Assembly: GCF_006345805.1 (NCBI RefSeq)
Contig: NC_043014.1
Span: 39,060,001 to 39,124,000, forward strand
Reading direction: 5' to 3'
Length of the DNA stretch: 64,000 bases
From: Octopus sinensis
Taxonomy: Eukaryota
Part shown: positions 41,955 through 54,649 of the stretch, piece after piece
How the letters are laid out: each line of letters opens with the position of its first letter
Position numbering within the stretch: the stretch's first letter is position 1
Notes under the pieces: generated by a model
What the model was told of the DNA's origin: nothing
Databases searched by the model: none
Seen by the model: only the letters and a program-made list of their open reading frames with translations
Made by a program: the position numbers and the translations under genes

Positions 41955-42711
41955 CTAAAGGCAGGAGAAGATAGTGTGTTAATTCCATTAGTAAGGTGCT
42001 TAGCACTGAAATGCTTAATGGAGCTTGCAAAATTTTTCTCACAAAAAACTGTTATGATATCAATGATTCATTGGGATTTTAAGATAAACTATATTTCGGT
42101 AACCATTGAAAATATTTTTCGTACGTTTAAACCAAAAATTGGCTTGTGCCACAAAATGTTTTTTGACTTATTTTTGTGTTCTGTAATATTAGAACGGATT
42201 GTGTATTATACTTCATCTGTAAAGCCGCTATTGCGAAAAACCTCATTATAATGATATGCACTAATGAACAAAGCCTTATCTTAAGATAATCACAATATAC
42301 TTTTACTTACGCTAGGGATTATATTTCTTACAATGCTGAATGGTTCATTGGATTATTTTTTATCGATATAAGTAATCTTTCTCTGCTTTATAGCAATTTC
42401 GTAAACTTGTGTTCCTTAACTTGTTGCGCTAAATGAATTCATAAGGGGTTACCTGAAGCTATCTAATTCATGAACATTCATAGAGCGAGAGACTAAAGGC
42501 AGCTAAGTGGACTGGAGCAACGTGAACTTAGGTGTTTTGCTCGATCCAGGAATCGAAACTGCAATCTGGTGAAAGATAAAGATTTGAGAAAGGATCTGGT
42601 TATAGAATGATGAAATTAAATAATATCAAACTGGATAGAAGTAATGCAGTTAACCCATTCTGTTATTGATATAAAATTGTTCTCTAGTTGCACAAAAATT
42701 ATGTTTTTATT

Positions 42712-43099
42712 AAGGCGGCGAGCTGGCAGAACCGTTAGCACGCTGGGCGAAATGCGTAGTTCAAATTCAGCCGAGGTCGACTTTGCCTTTCATCCTTTCG
42801 GGGTCGATAAATTAAGTACCAGTTACGCACTGGGGTCGATATAATCGATTTAATCCGTTTGTCTGTCCTTATTTGTCCTCTCTGTGTTTAGCCCCTTGTG
42901 GGTAGTAAAGAAACAGGTATTTCGTCTTCTGTTACGTTCTGAATTCAAATTCCACCGAAGTCGACTTTGCCTTTCATCCTTCCGGGGTCGATTAAATAAG
43001 TACCAGTAACGCACTGGTGTCAATATAATCGACTTAATCCGTTTGTCTGTCCTTGTCTGTCCCCTCTGTGTTTAGCCCCTTGAGGGCAGTAAAGAAATA
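42712..43099 (+). mobile_element. SINE family A dimer with about 16-bp TSD
   Basis: Full unit plus head-less unit. Flanks AAATTATGTTTTTATT / AAATTACGTTTTTATT. Confidence 0.88.
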
Positions 43100-43150
43100 A
43101 GAAAAATTACGTTTTTATTCTAAGTGCTATTGAATCTAGGATTTGCTTAC

Positions 43151-43402
43151 TAACTTCGCTAGTTCGATTTTAGCGGTGTTGACTAATACGTATTTAGGGG
43201 TAGCAGAACAATTAACTTCTGATGTGCTTGAAACTAAATACTCTACCTTGTTGTTTATATTGAGGGTAATGGCGACTTCTTTAGCTTCAAGGTTTGTGGA
43301 GCCTAAGGTATTAGTGCCAAATTTCTTGTTATTTTTTGTCAGTAATATTTTTAGATAATTGTCTGTTATATGTGGTTCTACCCATGCCATAAAAATTGTT
43401 GT
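43151..43402 (-). CDS. Candidate exon, beta-rich peptide (TTIFMAWVEPHITDNYLKILLTKNNKKFGTNTLGSTNLEAKEVAITLNINNKVEYLVSSTSEVNCSATPKYVLVNTAKIELAKL)
   Basis: Unique sequence, open on both strands. Acceptor options at 43402, 43377 and 43362; donor TTA|GTAAGC. Alternatively it ends at TAG (43136) with AATAAA nearby. Confidence 0.55.
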
Positions 43403-43487
43403 CTTACACAATGGATACATGAATTCTTTTATTCATTTGCAATTTTGTAATGATAAAGAGCCTTTTCTGTATGTTTGTATGTGGAGG

Positions 43488-43569
<82 letters not shown>

Positions 43570-44161
43570 GAAAAAGAAATAGAAAAAGAAATAGAAAGAG
43601 AGGGAGGGAATATCACGTCTGCATACGTACGCAATGTCCCTGTCTCTCCCCCTTTTCCTCCGTCACACATCGACAAACAAATATTACGTATGCGAGTTTG
43701 TGTAATCTCACTAACTTCGACAATGATTGAGCTATGTGTTTTGATCGTCTTCCTAACCTTAACCTCCTCTTGACTGCATTAATAGCGTTGATGATATTTT
43801 AAAAAGATTGCAAACGTACTTTCTCTCAGAGGACCATCTACTTCTCATCTTTCAAACGCGTTAGGTGTTTGGTTACACGCTACCACTTCGCAGCTCATTC
43901 TCTCTTCCTCTGTTCATTCTACTAATTCGTAGACGTGAAAAACCTTTTGTTGTTGGAGTAAGAGACGTTTCTCTTGCTGGTGGTTGTCTGCGCATGATCG
44001 ATATCGTGTTACACAATAGGTATCACACGCGCTACATGAATGATTTTACGCCAGACACCGAATTCACGTGCAGACACGGGTGCCTTTACCTAGTCGCGCC
44101 ATATGGCAAAAATAAACACCCAAATCTCATTCAAATAGCTATCACTTTTAAAAGTGGCCTT

Positions 44162-44574
44162 GGATCTTTTCGGTTTGAACGGCAGTTTTTAACATAATTT
44201 CTAAGTAACTAAAAAAATTTAAACTTCGTATACTGGTAGAATGTGTTTATAAAACATCTTTCTCTCTTGGCTTTATTGAGAAAATTCTATTGTTTGTAAG
44301 ATATTTCTTGTTTTTTTTCTTCAATTTCTGCAATTTCAACCAATCACTGACGTCTATTGAGGTAAAAAAAAAAACATTCTGTGCCGTATGAATATGTCCC
44401 TCGTTTAAGAAACAGATTGGGTTTATTTACATTTGTGAAGAAAAGAAGATACCCTTCCCCCACCCTAACCCTAAAACAGATTGAAATGCAATAGATCGAT
44501 ACTAGGATCATAATTATGGGTGACAATTTCATATGACACCGCTAGAAAAACTGCCGTTCAAACCGAAAAGAACC
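44162..44574. mobile_element. Merlin-like MITE copy
   Basis: TSD GTGGCCTT / CTGGCCTT. Confidence 0.87.
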
Positions 44575-45896
44575 CTGGCCTTTCCTACATGATCCCCGAA
44601 AATGTGATGAGTTGGTCGTGGCTAGAATGTCTTTGATCAAAGGCCCAAGCCGATGAGGGCTGCTATGAGTTTAGACGACACCAACAACAAGAATATCAAA
44701 AACTAAATTCATTGATAAATCTGGTGAAAACTCATGTTATATTTGTACCGGTTTGTAAGTTGTGCAGGCATGAGAAGCTCGCTTTAGAACCGCATGGTTT
44801 CAAGTTCAGTTCCTCTGCGCGGCATCTTGGGCTAATGCCTTCAGCCATAGTCCCGGGTCGACCAATGCCTTGTGAGTAAATTTGCTTGTCGGAAACTGTC
44901 TGGAAGCCCAGTGTGTGTGTGTTTTGAGTATTTGTACATCCTATCACTTGACAATCGTTGTTGGTTTGTTTATGTCCCTTTAACTTGGCAATTCTGCAGA
45001 AGACCATAGAATAACTACCAGACTTAAAATAAGTACTGGTGTTGATTTGTTCAACTACAGTCCTTCAAAGCGTTGCTCTAACATGGTTGCAGTCCAATGA
45101 GTGAAACAAGTAATAGATACTGCTATCAGCCACAGCAACGCTTGTTAATTTATACAGTAACTTATAGTGGTAAAACATATAAAAACCTCGAAAGCCACGA
45201 CTTGACTGATTTTTTTTAGTATTAAATGGGGGAAGAGATAAATCTTGTTTTGATTGGGGGAAGGGAAAGTCTGCTGTCAAATAGCTTTACCTGAAGATGT
45301 GGGAAGTCGGTTCGTCTAATTTGGAGGTTCTTAACCCGGACGGAATTGCAGCGAGCAGGCAGAAATGTTAGAACGCCAGGTGAAATGCCTAGTGGGTATT
45401 TCGTCCGCCTTTACGTTCTGAGTTCAAATTCCTCAGAGGCTGGCTTTGCCTTTCATTCGTTGAGGTCGACTTTGCCTTTCACTTTTTCGGGGTCGATAAG
45501 ATAAGTACCAGTTAGGTAATGAGGTCAATGTGATCAATTCAACCACTCTTGGGTATAAGTATAAAAACTGCATCCGTCTACCAAGCCATGTCGAGCCAAA
45601 GTGTCAGAGTAGGCTCATGAAACTAGTGTGATCCCACGCTATTTTCTGATGGAGAGAAAATGCTGAAGCCTTCGTCTTGCAGTGGGTTGAACATGAGCAA
45701 TCCAATCCAGTCTAACTTGAATGAAAAAGTGGATGGGCTCTGGATGTTTAGAAAAGTGTTTGTTTAAACTAAAGTATTTAAACCAGATACAATTCTTATT
45801 TTTTAAACTTATTTTTAAAAATTGTTTGTCGGGGTTAAGATTTAAAAAAAAAAAGGAAGGACATTGTGTTATCAGTAAGCAGAAATATAATTAATG

Positions 45897-46070
45897 TACC
45901 ATGGTATAAAGAACCCTTGTGTATAAGGAACTCCCTAATTTTGGGGGTTTAACATTTGGAAAAAAGGTTTTGTAAGGGATTATAATACTATCCATGTATA
46001 AAAAAACTCCCATATTTTTTTAACCTAATTTTTGACGAAAAAGGGTTCTTTATACAGGTTAAAATACGGT
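45897..46070. mobile_element. Degenerate Tc2-like MITE
   Basis: TATAAAGAACCC ... GGGTTCTTTATAC..AATACGG inverted motifs. Confidence 0.45.
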
Positions 46071-46133
46071 GATTTCGTTATGTAAAAATTTCCAAACAAA
46101 AGCAAAAATCAACAATAATTTTCCGTATTTCTT

Positions 46134-46187
<54 letters not shown>

Positions 46188-46670
46188 TCCACAACCAACT
46201 AGCTGTCTTATTCCCCTCTCTTTTTACCTCTCTCCCCTCATCCAAGAACATAATAATTTTTTTTTTAATATATACATTCTAACTATCCTACACAATTTAT
46301 CTTAACTTACCACTGTTTTCACACTCGATAACTTTAGTAATAGCATCATGAACACGAATATTGTTTTGTTATCCAGATTTGCCGGAATGATTTCAGATAA
46401 GATAATAATGTTTTTGTTCGGAATACAAAAGCATAGACAACAAATAGGATTAACAATCTTGATTTCTCATTCAGATTAGAATATCAGGTTAATTAGAAGG
46501 AAATTTAGTGGGAAATATTCTCATATATACAACATCTATTATATAAAATCCGTTCTGTCTGTCTTCTGGGATCTCGGGCATCTTCCATCCGATAGCGCTC
46601 AAATTTGATATGTAGATACCGACGGTATCAGGGCGTGTATAAGTCTTGAAAAAATTACAAAAATCGATTC

Positions 46671-47388
46671 CAGAGTGGTGCAAAAGTTTGGACCCACAAG
46701 CAATTCATTATATAACAATTTACAGTTTACAATAAGTGTTCGAACTGGTTTCTACCTTCTTCCGTGCAAACGTTTGGACTCATAGCAATTTACGGTTTCC
46801 AACAAGTGTTCAAATTGATTTCCACCTTCTCCCAAACACTTTCTTACTCGGGAGACACATGATCTTTGCACATTTCTAAGCACAGAGTTATTCACTCTTA
46901 TAGTTTCAATTTCTTGTGTGATGTTATCTTCTAGTACTTGTAATGTTCTTGGCCCGTTAGCATAAAACATTGATTTAAGATATCCCCATAAGAAAAAATC
47001 TAAAGGACTCAAATCCAGAGATCTTGGTGGCCATTCAACCGGTCCTTGAAACAAATTCATTTTCTTGGAAATATATTGTCCAAAACACTGCGCACATCTT
47101 TGGTATAATATAGCGGTGCTCCATCCTGTTGAAACTACATTTCTCGTCGAACTGCCATTGATACGTCATCTAGGCATGGCATAAGGAATGTTTTTAATGA
47201 ATGAAAGTATGACTCACTCGTTACCGTGTTTAGGAAGAAATAAGGACCAATTATTGTACTTCTCCATATAGACACCCACATCATAATCCTTGGATAGTGA
47301 TATGATAATTAAATGATCAAAATCATGTTAAAGATAAGAAATACTTTTTTGTAATTTCTCTATGCGTCCAAACTTTTGCACTACACTG
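46671..47388 (-). mobile_element. Internally deleted Tc1/mariner-superfamily element (DD37D/maT- or rosa-like) with transposase C-terminal remnant at 46752-47295
   Basis: TIRs CAG(A/T)GT(G/A)GTGCAAAAGTTTGGAC. Minus strand reads PRIMMWVSIW..IIGPYFF..FQQDGAP..GPVEWPPRSLDLSPLDFFLWGYLKS..GGNQFEHLL. Confidence 0.88.
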
Positions 47389-47403
47389 TATACGTATAAA
47401 TAT

Positions 47404-47467
<64 letters not shown>

Positions 47468-47574
47468 AATATATATTATATATATGTATATAAATATATA
47501 TATGTATATATATATATATGTATATAAATATGTATATACATGTATATAAATATATATATATGTATATGTATAAG

Positions 47575-47790
47575 GTCAGGACGCTATGATAGATCGTTAG
47601 CTCCTACACGCATTTTTTTTCTCTCCTTGTTTTTTTTTTTCTGTGTTTCTGTCGAAGAGCGTAGGCTCGAAACGTAAAAGACTTTTTCTATTTCTATTCC
47701 TGAGCGCTATACTAATACATTTGTTTGTTTGTACTCCACCTGCCTTCGTCTTTTGTTTATTTTCGTAAACCTTCCCGTTATATGTATATA
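47575..47790 (+). mobile_element. Penelope-like end with variant hammerhead core (47646-47680)
   Basis: TTT-CTGTCGA-A-GAGC(GTAG)GCTC-GAAAC-GTA-AAA. The core deviates at A6. Confidence 0.45.
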
Positions 47791-47801
47791 TACGTATATA
47801 A

Positions 47802-47842
<41 letters not shown>

Positions 47843-47844
47843 CG

Positions 47845-47887
<43 letters not shown>

Positions 47888-47904
47888 GCATATAAATATA
47901 CATT

Positions 47905-47940
<36 letters not shown>

Positions 47941-48375
47941 CGTATATGGTACAATTTAGCTCATAAAGAGTATGGAGCATTTAAGTTGCTGTTGTATGTC
48001 CTTACATCACTATGCCAGGTGAATTCGTATCAGAGCCAAAAAAGCAAATTTATGAAGGTCATGGGAGAGAGAGAGAGAGGTGGGGTGTTATTTGGCCGAA
48101 TTTGCCCATCAATGTTAGACAGCATACGATAATAGTATGGCTGCACTTTGTGCGTAATATATTTGCATCTGATCTATTATTCCAGACTGTTCTCAAGTTT
48201 CACTTTAAATTTTTGTAATATAAGGTTGTGAGGTTAAGACGATTCAGACGGGGTGCAGGTATTATCTGCCAAGCTGCAAGATGCAAACAATTAACACTCA
48301 CCTTTTACAGACACACTCATTCACATTCACAAATCCACTTTATAATACGTATATGTGAATTATGCGTGCGTATAC

Positions 48376-48456
<81 letters not shown>

Positions 48457-48929
48457 ATATATGTATGAATGTATGTGTGTATGTAAGATGTATGTATGTA
48501 TGCATGTATGTATGAATGTGTGTATGTATGAATGTGTGCATGTGTGTATATTTTAAGTGTACACATAGCAAAACAAACCATCTGTATTCCATTTGCTTTT
48601 TGCCTGAACACTGACGAAAGAGATGGTACACTTAGTATGCCCTCCCTTTTATTTCTATTTGCCTCTCTCTCTCTCTCTCTCTCTCCACACACACATTCAC
48701 ACACACACACACACAACACACACACACACACACACATTTTTCTCTTTTTGTTTGTGCGTTTGCATGCATGTAGGTGTGTTGTATGCGTGTGTGCCATTGC
48801 ATATGTTATTGGATATACATTCTTATCTTGAAAGTTAACCGGGTCACGACAATAAAACTAGTTTGCTAGTCTCGGCTATTTCTGGCAAAATACAACGAGA
48901 ATACTGCTCACTCAGGACAGATTACCACT

Positions 48930-49475
48930 CAGTACCAGACAGTGGCTCTCATGGCTTTTGATCTTAACTGATTGGAAGTGTTATCATGTACATTGTTTTG
49001 TCTTGGTATAAAAGATGAGCTACCGCGAATATTCTGCTCAATACCACAGATTTGCTTGTCAGTTGTTTCACCTCAACTTGTTGAGCATGTCCCTTGGTGA
49101 CTGACGATATGTGCATCTTTGATCACCAGCAGAAGTTAAGGGGGAGCATCATAGCCATGTGCTGAGAGGAATTCTTTAGGGGTTGAATAATTCACCTCTG
49201 GAAACATGGGTGTTTCGTTCATCATCCTCAAACAACCCTTATTTAGGGACCATTGGAGCGGGATGGGCTACTCGACCTGAAGAAAATTATAACTGGTCCC
49301 CCACCTGTAAGGTCATGTGCTGTTTATCTTGGTATAATATCACCATGTCACGCACATATGGTTGTGATGCATGTGCCTGGTGCACCCTTATCAGACAGGT
49401 AATTATGATGGGTATACTAGGCTTCGTATATTTTATCCCAGTGTCATTTTTATGGCATGCACTGCTTTGTCACTC
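48930..49475 (+). mobile_element. Third copy of the 555-bp (AAT)n-tailed repeat, slightly 5'-truncated
   Basis: Colinear with 18241-18795 and followed by (AAT)n. Confidence 0.85.
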
Positions 49476-49497
49476 AATAATGATAATAATAATAATG

Positions 49498-49565
<68 letters not shown>

Positions 49566-50159
49566 TATTGGATGATTGTATAATTATATGCGCTAAGAAT
49601 TCAAATCCCTCCTAGGTCAACTTAGCCTTTCTTCTCGGTGTCAGTAAAATAAAGAACCAGTTCACAATAGTAAATTGGCGGAATTGTTAGAGCATTGGAC
49701 GAGATACCTTGTCGTATTCGTTCCAACTCTGTACGATCTGAGGTCATTACCCGCTTTCACATCACTACCTAGTCATTGGGTACCTTTTGCAAATCTTACT
49801 CAGTTGCATGAATTCGAATCAGCATCCCGTTTTTAGCGTAAATTCCTCCATTCTCTATTCTTGGGAATCTCTGACAGTGGCATAAAAGCTGTGTGGCTTA
49901 GTGGTTAGGATGTTGCACTCAAGATCGCATGGTTGTGGTTTCAATTCCTGGACTGAGCAATATGTTGTGTTCTGTAGCAAAACACTTCGTTTCACGTTGC
50001 GCCAGTCCACTCAACGGGCAAAAATGAGTAATCCAGCGACGGACCAGTGCCTCAACAAGAGAGTGAGTATATACGCCACAGAATCCGGGAAACCGGTCTG
50101 AAGAGTCTATGGCTCAGGAAGGACCTTTGATCCTGACTGTGGTGTAGCTAGAATGTGTA

Positions 50160-50390
50160 AGGCGGCGAGCTGGCAGAACCGTTAGCGTGCCAGGTGAAAT
50201 TCTTAGCGGTATTTCGCCTGCCGTTACGTTCTAAGTTCAAATTCCGCCGAGGTCGACTTTGCCTTTCATCCTTTCGGGGTCGATTAAATAAGAACCAGTT
50301 ACGCACTGGGGTCGATGTAATCGACTTAATTCCCTTGTCGGTCCTTGTTTGTCCCCTCTATGTTTAGCTCCTTGTGGGCAATAAAGAAAT
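50160..50390 (+). mobile_element. SINE family A copy with 10-bp TSD
   Basis: AGAATGTGTA on both sides. Confidence 0.85.
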
Positions 50391-50964
50391 GAGAATGTGT
50401 ACGATCTGGAATAGCCTTTGAGTTCACAGCTCCCTTCTTCTCCGGGACCCCAAGCCTATACAGGGTTATACGGCAGACCCCAAAGTATCACTATTGATAA
50501 AAGTATCGCCCGGCTGAACTGTCCCTCCTCGCTCCACCTCCTATACTACTCTCTTCTGCAAACTATCGGCTCAAGGATGCTAAACCCCCACTCTCTCTCT
50601 CTTCTAAGCAAATAAAATAAAAGCGGTTGGCATAGCTGTGTATAATAGCAATGAGCTGTCTGATATACATATCAATGAAAGCAACCTACATTTAGTGAAT
50701 GTTGTGATATTTGATGACACCAACATATATTTATGTATACTACTCGGGAACCCGACTCTGCTATCCACCTCACTGTACACACAATTTCATAACAAATACT
50801 TCTTTTTTCCCCGCGCTACTTTACCTCTGTATTCTTTGCTTCATATTTTCTTCTTTCGTCTTTATTCTTCTCCCATTGGCTTCTTTTATTTATATTCTAT
50901 ATTCTTTACGGAGATGTACTTGCATAGCATGTGATTTGATCTGAGATCGTGTGCTGAAACGAAA

Positions 50965-51027
50965 ACAATTGCAGCGTGGAAGGTGTTTGTAAGCCATTTA
51001 AGAAAACACCTTCCGCGCTGCAATTGT
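50965..51027. other. 63-nt near-perfect hairpin
   Basis: ACAATTGCAGCGTGGAAGGTGTTT / AAACACCTTCCGCGCTGCAATTGT form a 24-bp stem with one U.G pair and a 15-nt loop. Confidence 0.8.
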
Positions 51028-51298
51028 GGTCTATATTCTTTCTTTTCTCTTTTCCCTCTTCTACTTCTTCCTTTCTATTTTTTTTCTCCATGGGGTCAAT
51101 CTGTTCTGTTACCACTTGATCTAACCCTGCCAAAGTTTCTAACCAGAACCCAAATCGTATTATATGCTACACTTACTGGGGACATGTTAATTTTTCTAGT
51201 TGATTTCTACTTTGTTAGGAAACCTTTATCTCAAACCGGACTCACTTTGTTTGGGGTGGTGATATTGCTTTAATATATAGCACTAACCTCAAGGTATA

Positions 51299-51530
51299 AG
51301 GCGGCGAGCTGGCAGAAACGTTAGCACGCCGGGCGAAATGCGTAGCCGTATTTCGTCTGCCGTTACGTTCTGAGTTCAAATTCCGCCGAGGTTGACTTTG
51401 CCTTTCATCCTTTCGGGGTCGATAAATTAAGTACCAGTTACCCACTGGGGTCGATATAATCGACTTAATCCGTTTTTCTGTCCTTGTTAGTCCTCCCTGT
51501 GTTTAGCCCTTTCTGGGTAGTAAAGAAATA
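51299..51530 (+). mobile_element. SINE family A copy with 38-bp flanking duplication
   Basis: 51261-51298 matches 51531-51568 with 2 mismatches. Confidence 0.9.
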
Positions 51531-52452
51531 GATATTGCTTTAATATACATCACTAACCTCAAGGTATAATGGTTTCTTACAACAATGAGAGAGCCTCTTC
51601 ATGGTCGGTCAACCTGCTCGTGAAAGAATGCTAATCTCTCTGCAATCACCTATAAAAGGTGGGGAACACTCTGAAAGCTTTATAACCCCTAGGCTAGCAT
51701 TTCCCATCCTTTTAACATCGTAACCCGTTTTGGTTAGTTAATAATCCTCTGTAGTACTTATTTTAATAATTGAGTTCTCAAAGAGCAAACACAAAATTTG
51801 TGGGAACGGAAACGAAAACGGTCGTGTCTGTGTGGTAAGAAACTTGCTTCCCAAGTCACATGGTTCCGGGCTTAATACCCCTGCGTGGAACCTTGGACAT
51901 GTGACTTCTTCAGTAGCCTTGGACCGACCAAAGTTTTGTGAGTAGATTCGGTAGACGGAAACTGAAAGAAGCCCACCGTATATATATACGTGTGTGTGTG
52001 TCTGTGTCTCTCCTCTACCACTGCTTGACAACTGGCATTGGTATGTTTACGTCCCTGTAACTTAGTGATTCGGAGAAAGAGACCGATATAATGAGTATCA
52101 GGCTTTAAAAAAAATAAGTACTGAAGACAACTTGTTCGACTAAAATTCTTCCTGGAGTGCTACAGCATGGCCACAGTCTAATGACTAAAATAAGTAAACG
52201 GTAAAAATCTCTTGGGTGAATGCAGTCAGCTAGCACAAAAAGAGTATATGGTGCAGGCATGACTGTGTAGGCAAACGAATAGATTTGGATGTTAGCCGTG
52301 TGTGAGGCTTCGAAATAACTGAAAATTTGTATAAACACGAACCAGAGGCTGTGATAGAGAATGAAAATTACAGGATTTTATGGGACTTCTCATAAAGACT
52401 GGCCGCACTAATGAAGCAAAATGATCAGGTATGAATAGATAGGACAAAATAA

Positions 52453-52862
52453 AGGCGCAGGAGTGGCTGTGTGGTAAGTAGCTTGTTTACCAACCACATG
52501 GTTCCGGGTTCAGTCCCACTGCGTGGCACCTTAGGCAAGTGTCTTCTACTATAGCCTTGGACCAACCAAAGCCTTGTGAGTGGATTTGGTAGACGGAAAC
52601 TGAAAGAAACCCATAGTATATATGTAAATATATATATATGTGCGTGTGTGTTTGTGTGTCTGTGTTTGCCCCAACCAACATCGCTTGACAACCGATGTTG
52701 GTGTGTTTATGTCCCCGTAACCTAGCGGTTCGGCAAAAGAGACCGATAGAATAAGTACTAGGCTTACAAAGAATAAGTCCCGAGGTCGAGTTGCTCGATT
52801 AAAGGCGGTGCTCCAGCATGGCCGCAGTCAAATGACTGAAACAAGTAAAAGAGTAAAAGAGA
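52453..52862 (+). mobile_element. Full-length tRNA SINE family B (head AGGCGCAGGAGTGGCTGTGTGG, internal (TA)/(TG) tract)
   Basis: Other copies at 55506-55942, 36422-36590, 57115-57340, 51815-52205 and on the minus strand at 22435-22690 and 35860-36220. Confidence 0.85.
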
Positions 52863-52884
52863 GTGTAAGATGATAAACTTTGCA

Positions 52885-53535
52885 ATACCCTGTAATAATA
52901 GAGTGGATATTAAAAAATTTGGAAAAACTGAGAAAAACCAGAGAGGTAAAGCGATTGTGGAAGGCAGAAGACGACAATTATTTCTGTGGTAATTCTCTGG
53001 TAATTTCTGTGGTAATTCGTGCAGAATACCCAAACAGCTACCTAAGAAGCTGAAAGAAGCTTAGAGGCCGCGAGCTGGCAGAAACGTTAGCGAGCCGGGC
53101 AAAATGCTTAGCCATATTTCGTTCTGAGTTCAAATTCCGCCGAGGTCAACTTTGCCTTTCATCCTTTCGAGATCGATAAATTAAGTACCAGTTACGCACT
53201 GGGGTTGATGTAATCGACTTAATCCCTTTGTCTGACCTTGTTTTGTCCTCTCTGTGTTTAGCCCCTTGTGAATAGTAAAGAAATAGGTATTTCGTCTGCC
53301 GTTACGTTCTGAGTTCAAATTCCGCCGAGGTCCCCTCTATGTTTAGCCCTTTGTGGGCAATAAAGAAATAAGAAGCTGAAAGATATTGGAATTGAGATTT
53401 GCATTACCGGCCTGCATAGACGTGCAATCCTATATTCTGCATCCCAAGAAAGATTTTTTAGTTTTCGGAGATTTGTTGTTGCCATACCTCAAGACAACAT
53501 CCCTGCTAACTAATGAAATATGTAATAGTTATAGG
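52885..53535 (+). mobile_element. R4/Dong LINE 3' end interrupted by a SINE A (about 53066-53370), ending in (AAT)n
   Basis: REVKRLWK..RIPKQLPKKLKDIGIEICITGLHRRAILYSA after removing the SINE, which is flanked by AAGAAGCTGAAAGA duplicates. Confidence 0.65.
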
Positions 53536-53567
<32 letters not shown>

Positions 53568-53972
53568 TATCATTACTAGTGGGACCCATGGAATTTCCAC
53601 GGAATGAAAAAATTAAGAGGACCTATTTAAGAAAGAAAGGATGACTTGCATTTTTTATCGGATTCATAGTTTAGCTTTCTTTAAATATTCTTGACGTTCG
53701 TCTACGTTCATTTCCTCACGTCTCCGCCGGTGTTATCTTTTACCTCTTTTTATTATATTTTCTCGCTGTTTCTTTCTGATCCGTGCTCTATATCTGCGCA
53801 TTCTTTCTCGGACAGCTTGCAACCGTGCTTTTTGTGTATCCTGATTTGAGGCTAAATTAACGCTTAAAAAACAAATACAAATTTTTTCAAGCGAGCAGAC
53901 GATAAATAATTACACTTATGCGCATGCGTTAAGTGATGATGGTTATAAAAAAAATACTTTACACCATCACCG

Positions 53973-54011
<39 letters not shown>

Positions 54012-54374
54012 TCTCTCCCTCTCTCTCCCTCCCTCTCTTTCTCTCCCTCCCTTCCCCTCTCTCTCTCAATATAACTGCTTCCCTTGTCCATCTCTCTCTT
54101 TTTACCTTTCCCATTCCTTCTCCACCCCGCCGCATGTCATTAACACTTCTCGCTCCTCTTTTTCTCTCGTCGTCTTTTTCTCTCTTTCTTCGCCTCTACC
54201 TTCAGCTGACCACGTGATCATTTGGCCAAAGTGCATTAATATCGATCACCTTTCTCTGCTTCTTCCTCTTTTCTTTCTTCACTTCTCTCTCTGTTTCTCT
54301 CTCTCTCTCTCACTCATACTCCATCTTTCACTCACTTCACCTCCGCTTCTCTAACAAATTAGTGTATAACGGGC

Positions 54375-54649
54375 GGATCTTTTCCTTTTGAACGGCACTT
54401 TGTAACACAATTTCTAGTTAACTAAACACTTTTAAACTTCGTATACTGGTAGAATGTGTTTATAAAACATCATTTTTTCTTGGCTTTATTGAGAAAATTC
54501 TATAGGTTGTAAGATATTTCGTCTGAAAATGGACTCCAGCGATTGGTTAAAATTGCCGAAATGCTCGAAATTTCAGACGAAATATCTTACAACCTATAGA
54601 ATTTTCTCAATAAAGCCAAGAAAAAATGATGTTTTATAAACACATTCTA
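54375..54649. mobile_element. Rearranged Merlin-like MITE with perfect 79-bp fold-back
   Basis: One TIR at 54375. 54450-54528 is the exact reverse complement of 54571-54649. Confidence 0.85.

Noticed and set aside
53400-53490. Apparent minus-strand exon (MATTNLRKLKNLSWDAEYRIARLCRP) that would bridge phases in the membrane-protein model
   Set aside because: It is the antisense of a Dong LINE endonuclease C-terminus, and its acceptor is weak.
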